Below are positions 59,702-64,000 of a DNA stretch of 64,000 nucleotides, piece after piece (the stretch's first letter is position 1; the number at the start of each line of letters is the position of its first letter). Made by a program: the position numbers and the translations under genes. The stretch is from Lytechinus pictus (Eukaryota). The notes under the pieces were generated by a model. The model was not told where the DNA came from. It saw only the letters and a list, made by a program, of their open reading frames with translations, and did not search any database. The stretch is from positions 22,074,001 through 22,138,000 of the forward strand of contig NC_087251.1 of NCBI RefSeq assembly GCF_037042905.1, written 5' to 3'.

Positions 59702-59885
59702 ACTGGGTGTTGTGACTTGTGACATGCGCCTGTAATCCAAGCTATGTGGGGAAGTTACTAATTGATGCAGAGATTCGGGCCCTGGTCACGTCTTTCGGAT
59801 ATTGACGTTAAAGGTCGGTCCCAGACGTAAATAATCATATCTGATTGATACACCTCTGACAAAACTCAAATACACACACACACAC
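59702..59885 (+). mobile_element. SINE-like element with a putative 7SL-derived head, Deu-domain-like body and (CA)n tail
   Basis: Head ctgggtgttgtgac[ttgtgac]atgcgcctgtaatccaagctatgtgggg resembles the 7SL/Alu 5' end. It is followed by B-box-like agattcgggccc, body gtctttcggatattgacgttaaaggtcggtccc and tail tacacacacacacac. Confidence 0.65.
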
Positions 59886-62744
59886 TCAATGTGCATCAGA
59901 AATATGATGCAGATTCCGCATTTTCTTCAATTTGTGCTTTGTTTCAGGTGCTATAGACTTTCCTAGCCATTTTGGTAAACAAATTCCAGCTCAATTTTGC
60001 CAAGATTTACTCTACAAAATATAGACCTAACTGATCACCTAAATTTCATTTACATCTGGAATCAAGAACTGATCCGGAGCTGTTCCAAAATTGAGATTGA
60101 GTGTCTGAATTCATTTCTACTGATACCAGTGATCTCCGACCTTAACGGAAGAAGGATACAAGAGAGAGATTGTCCCAGAACAGAGACAAATCATGTCTTG
60201 ATAAATTTTTTTCACCTCCCCATGGGACATAGACTGCAATTACCAGGATGCACCCCCCACCAAAAATAACAAAAGATTGCTGAGACTTGGAAGGGGTATT
60301 TTAACGATTATCAGCCGATAGTTTGACTAGTCTTGACTCACAGACCCTTTACTGACTAAATAAACTGATGTCTATGGACAATTACACGCACTAGATCCTG
60401 CTCCAAATTTGACGGAATAAAGCCATATTTTGGTATGCATTTTCACTCCCCCATCATATATGTTCTATATTTGGGCTAGATATATAATTCTGAACATTCT
60501 CCATGTTTTTATTTTCAATTTTAGTGGGGGTGCATATGGAACTCTTGCCAAATATAGATTCAGGGAGCTCAATTCCCCCATTTTCACTGTTTATTCGTCT
60601 TCCAATAATCTTGTTATAAAATGTAACTTGATTGTTAACAACATTGACTAGCGCACTCGATTGGTGTCAGCATTTGACGGGTAATGAACTTTCCAAGATT
60701 TTTCTTGTGTGGAGAAATCTTTGAATACTGAGACAGCTGACAGACCCTGTAAACTGGGCCTCGCACGATCCCAATTTTCTCCCCAGGTCAGGCCCAGCTA
60801 CTGTAAACGCTAATATTTTCGCGGGATTAATTTTTCGCGCTTGGTAGCTTCAAAACATATTCACAGGTTCTTGAATACACGCTGCACACTCCATAATCAC
60901 AAAGTCACTTACCCATCTGTGAATGGTTTTAATTAACATTTCAGCGACGAAATTGTATTTTCTGATCATAATTCTAGCTCAAAATCGGCATACCTCAGCA
61001 TTGTTTTGATCCAATCATGAGCTTTTTTTACATTTAGCACAACTTTCCTTTGCGGGGCGGACATCGGGAAAGGCAAAACGGAGGCGCGGCTGGCCTGGTA
61101 TGATGGCAGAGCACCGGGTAAGGACCATGGGGATTACGGCTATTCAAAGTACATCGGATCAATCAACACACCTGGGCGATCGACCCAACGTCTTCTTAAA
61201 AACTAAACAGATCTAAACACTCACCAATCAAACAGCAAAAGCAATTTATATTCCAACCAAAATAATGATTTAAATACCGATCTGCGGCTGTTAAAAAATG
61301 ATCGCATTGCCATTGGCAACAAATTCCACAAAATTTCCACTTACAGTAGGTATGTGACAAAAAAAATGAAAATCATCGAATATGAATAAATTTGGTATCA
61401 CTTGAAAGCTCTTAAAAAGACCTTTAAAATGATACCAAGAACTTTAATTTTCATCAAGAAATTAGAAAGTTATTCCAGTTTAAGTTGCGCATATTCATCC
61501 AAATTTGTGGTCATTGTCTTAATGTAAAGTCAATGGAGTACAGAACCCATTTTTGTGACCATTTTGAACCCAAGTCTTCAACAGGTTCTAACTTCTTTGT
61601 TTTTGAGTCCTATGAAGTAATTTAGGTATCAATGGAAAGGTGAGAGAATGCTCAATTGATGTGTATCAATTCATCTTGTAATTTTTCTTATTATGTGTAA
61701 AATAATTTCTTCTAATTAATTCTAATTAATTATGCAAATAACACAAAATCACAATTACTCGCCTCTTTTTTTGCCAAATGAAGGTGATTATGATAGATAA
61801 TTCATATAATTTAGTTGGCATCAAGACAGCATCATGTAGATAATTTCCTAAATGAATTTGTCTAAAGTATTGTTTTTGTAATTTCTAATGTATTTCTTTG
61901 TTTTTCTGATATAAATTACAAGCTCTTTTTCAACTTAGTATTGTAATTTTGTATATGTGTATGTACGGGGGTCCTTTTTTACATATAAAACATTTTCTTT
62001 TGTACTTTGTATGACCAAATAAAAATATGTGTGCTTTTTTCTGATGATTTTGATTGTTTCACCAATTCCTTATGTATTCTATTGTTTCAACAATTTGTTA
62101 TACATGTATAATATGTAGCTTTTGATTTGAGAGACAATGGACATGTGATTACATTTTTTTAGAAGGAATGAGCAGCTGAGTGTAAAATATGTATGTAGAA
62201 TTGTATGCAATTTATTTCAAGTATCAAGAAGGACGAAAATTAAGTTTTAATATATTCTATCAGTTGTCAATGTCTTATATTTGTATACATACATTGTATT
62301 ACTAAGGCCCTGTTTGAGCTCTCTTTTTAAAGAAAAATAAATAAATTCAAATTATTAGTCGAAGCCAAAAGAAAAGGAAAAGAGTGGTCTATTTCTTTCA
62401 AAACAAAACAAAAAACAACCAGGAAAAATATATAACAAAGCTCTAAACAACAACAAAACAGACATCAAAGCTCCAAACAAGCACTAAAAAAAAACAAGAG
62501 AAACAAAAGTGACACAAAAACTTGTACCAATCCCATCCCCATTTTCCAATTCAAAACACAACCCCCACCTGCGCCCCTAAAAAAAGAAAAGTGAATAAAA
62601 AAATAAATAGTAAAATTAATAATGAAGAAAACATAAATACATGACTTAGACCCATCTGGAAATGAAATATTCTTTCCTCTGAGTTTTCATATATTTTCTT
62701 ACAAGAGTGAAAAAAATTACAACAAAAAAATAAACAACATCTAG

Positions 62745-63135
62745 TTCGTGCATTTTAATAAAAAAAATCAACATTTAAGATATTCTCCTTTCAAAAGCAA
62801 ATCCAGTCTCCAAATAATGAAATATGACCCCCAAAAAATGAAAAAAATAAACAATACAATAATTTAAAAAAGAAACTTTAAAAAATATATAAAAAAGAAA
62901 CTGAAAAATTAACAATTTTTGCATTTTAATTAAAAAGTCAACATTTATGATATTCCCCTTTCAAAAGCAAATTCAGTCTCAAAATAATGAAACATGATTG
63001 AAAAGTTTCAAAATATATTTTTTTTCTACAAAAGAAAAAAAAAGAAACACTATAGATTTTGCATTTTAATTTAATAAGTCAACATTAATATTCCACTTCC
63101 AAAAGAATCCAGTTTCCAAATGATAAAACATGATT
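62745..63135. repeat. Three degenerate AT-rich tandem units (140-170 bp)
   Basis: gcattttaat...tcaacatt...caaaag..a.tccagt recurs at about 62750, 62921 and 63061. Confidence 0.75.
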
Positions 63136-63566
63136 GAACAATCAAAGTAAAACATGTTGACTCTATAACCTAAGGAGGAAAGAATGTTTTTGTGACAAAA
63201 TGTATATATTTAAATCAATATCAGAATAACAATCTACGGTATAATGACAGACATTTTCAGAAAAAGGCACAATATTATCAAGTAAACAATTTAGATCCAG
63301 TTCAATCCAGCATGAACGACTCACTATCGACCGCTCCCATCACCAAGCCCTCCGCATCGGGTACCGGTAGCTCGACTGCCGAAAGACGGACGGGAGCCCA
63401 CCGCATCGGGCAGCTCGACTGCCGAGAGACCGGCTGTGACAAGGGTAGCTCGCTTCTCTTATATCTGGACAGCTCAACGATAGAATCTTTTAATTTTAAT
63501 TTTTTTGTTGATTTGAATATATTCTATAACAATTCAGATACATAATTGAATCGTAGTTCTACTTAC

Positions 63567-63569
63567 CAT
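63567..63569 (-). CDS. PSMC1: Candidate ATG-only first coding exon of PSMC1
   Basis: Exon 58592-58654 starts in phase 0 with Gly2, so it needs an upstream ATG|gt. The best ATG|gtaag I found upstream is aatATG-type context tttaATG|gtaagt at 63569-63561. The true exon could lie beyond the window. Confidence 0.45.
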
Positions 63570-63725
63570 TAAAAATTTTTGATCATTTGCGCATCCAAAA
63601 ATTTGATGAACTTTCAAGCTCCGATATCCACACTTCACAGGCGAGTATCCACATTGAAACTTATATGTACAGAAAGAGCACATTTTCAACTGTCTGTATC
63701 AAGGCACGAGATTGCATCAACTATG

Positions 63726-63737
63726 TGCGCATGCGCA
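63726..63737. promoter_or_regulatory. Perfect NRF1/P3A2/EWG-family palindrome TGCGCATGCGCA
   Basis: Exact consensus match ~160 bp upstream of the candidate PSMC1 ATG exon. Confidence 0.4.
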
Positions 63738-64000
63738 TGAAACCCCATTTTCGATCACTCCTAGTACCAATGAGGTCCAACATTACATGTATGGACCTCA
63801 TAGGCGACATCAGTAGTATTTTGTGTCAGAAATCTTTGTGAAGATGATTATTTTTGTATTTTATCAAAACTACAAGCTATCGTACTGTCTAATCATTACA
63901 TTTCGATCTCACTAATTGAATACATTGTTAGCAATAAAAAAAATTGAAAGAAATGAAGGGGAACTTACATTTTCACGGCTTTTTCCTGATTTTCTGGGCA

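Noticed and set aside
59702..59885. Functional 7SL RNA gene or human Alu contamination
   Set aside because: Only ~45 nt resemble 7SL. There is no S domain, no Alu dimer and no poly-A tail, and the element is embedded in native AT-rich sequence.
60901..60920. Alternative PSMC1 first exon (ATGG|gtaagt)
   Set aside because: It gives phase 1, out of frame with the phase-0 exon at 58654.
63961..63975. Alternative PSMC1 first exon (AT|gtaagt)
   Set aside because: It would form ATG GTC AAA in the wrong frame for PSMC1.

Overview
AT-rich eukaryotic genomic DNA with GT-AG introns. The repeat content and gene sequences suggest an invertebrate deuterostome, probably a sea urchin (inference). Three spliced genes can be reconstructed by hand. 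(1) The last two coding exons of a SUSD4/SUSD6-like sushi-domain membrane protein (+, 2271-4059). (2) A complete 8-exon ribonuclease T2 gene (+, 25186-39542, about 299 aa). (3) PSMC1/Rpt2, the 26S proteasome ATPase subunit 4 (-, 11 exons at 49131-58654 plus a candidate ATG-only first exon at 63567-63569, about 443 aa). The rest is dense with non-autonomous DNA transposons (hAT-like with 8-bp TSDs and nesting, Tc1/mariner/pogo-like, Kolobok/T2-like, Harbinger-like, Helentron-associated), decayed L1/Tx1 and L2-type LINE fragments, and simple repeats. Two observations stand out. One is a short SINE-like element at 59702-59885 with an apparent 7SL (Alu-domain) head, a Deu-domain-like body and a (CA)n tail. 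The other is a ~134-bp tandem array inside PSMC1 that copies the end of a coding exon plus its splice donor and creates three frame-preserving 69-nt candidate pseudo-exons. Most ORFs in the supplied track are spurious. All coordinates were read by eye and repeat-family names were not checked against a database.
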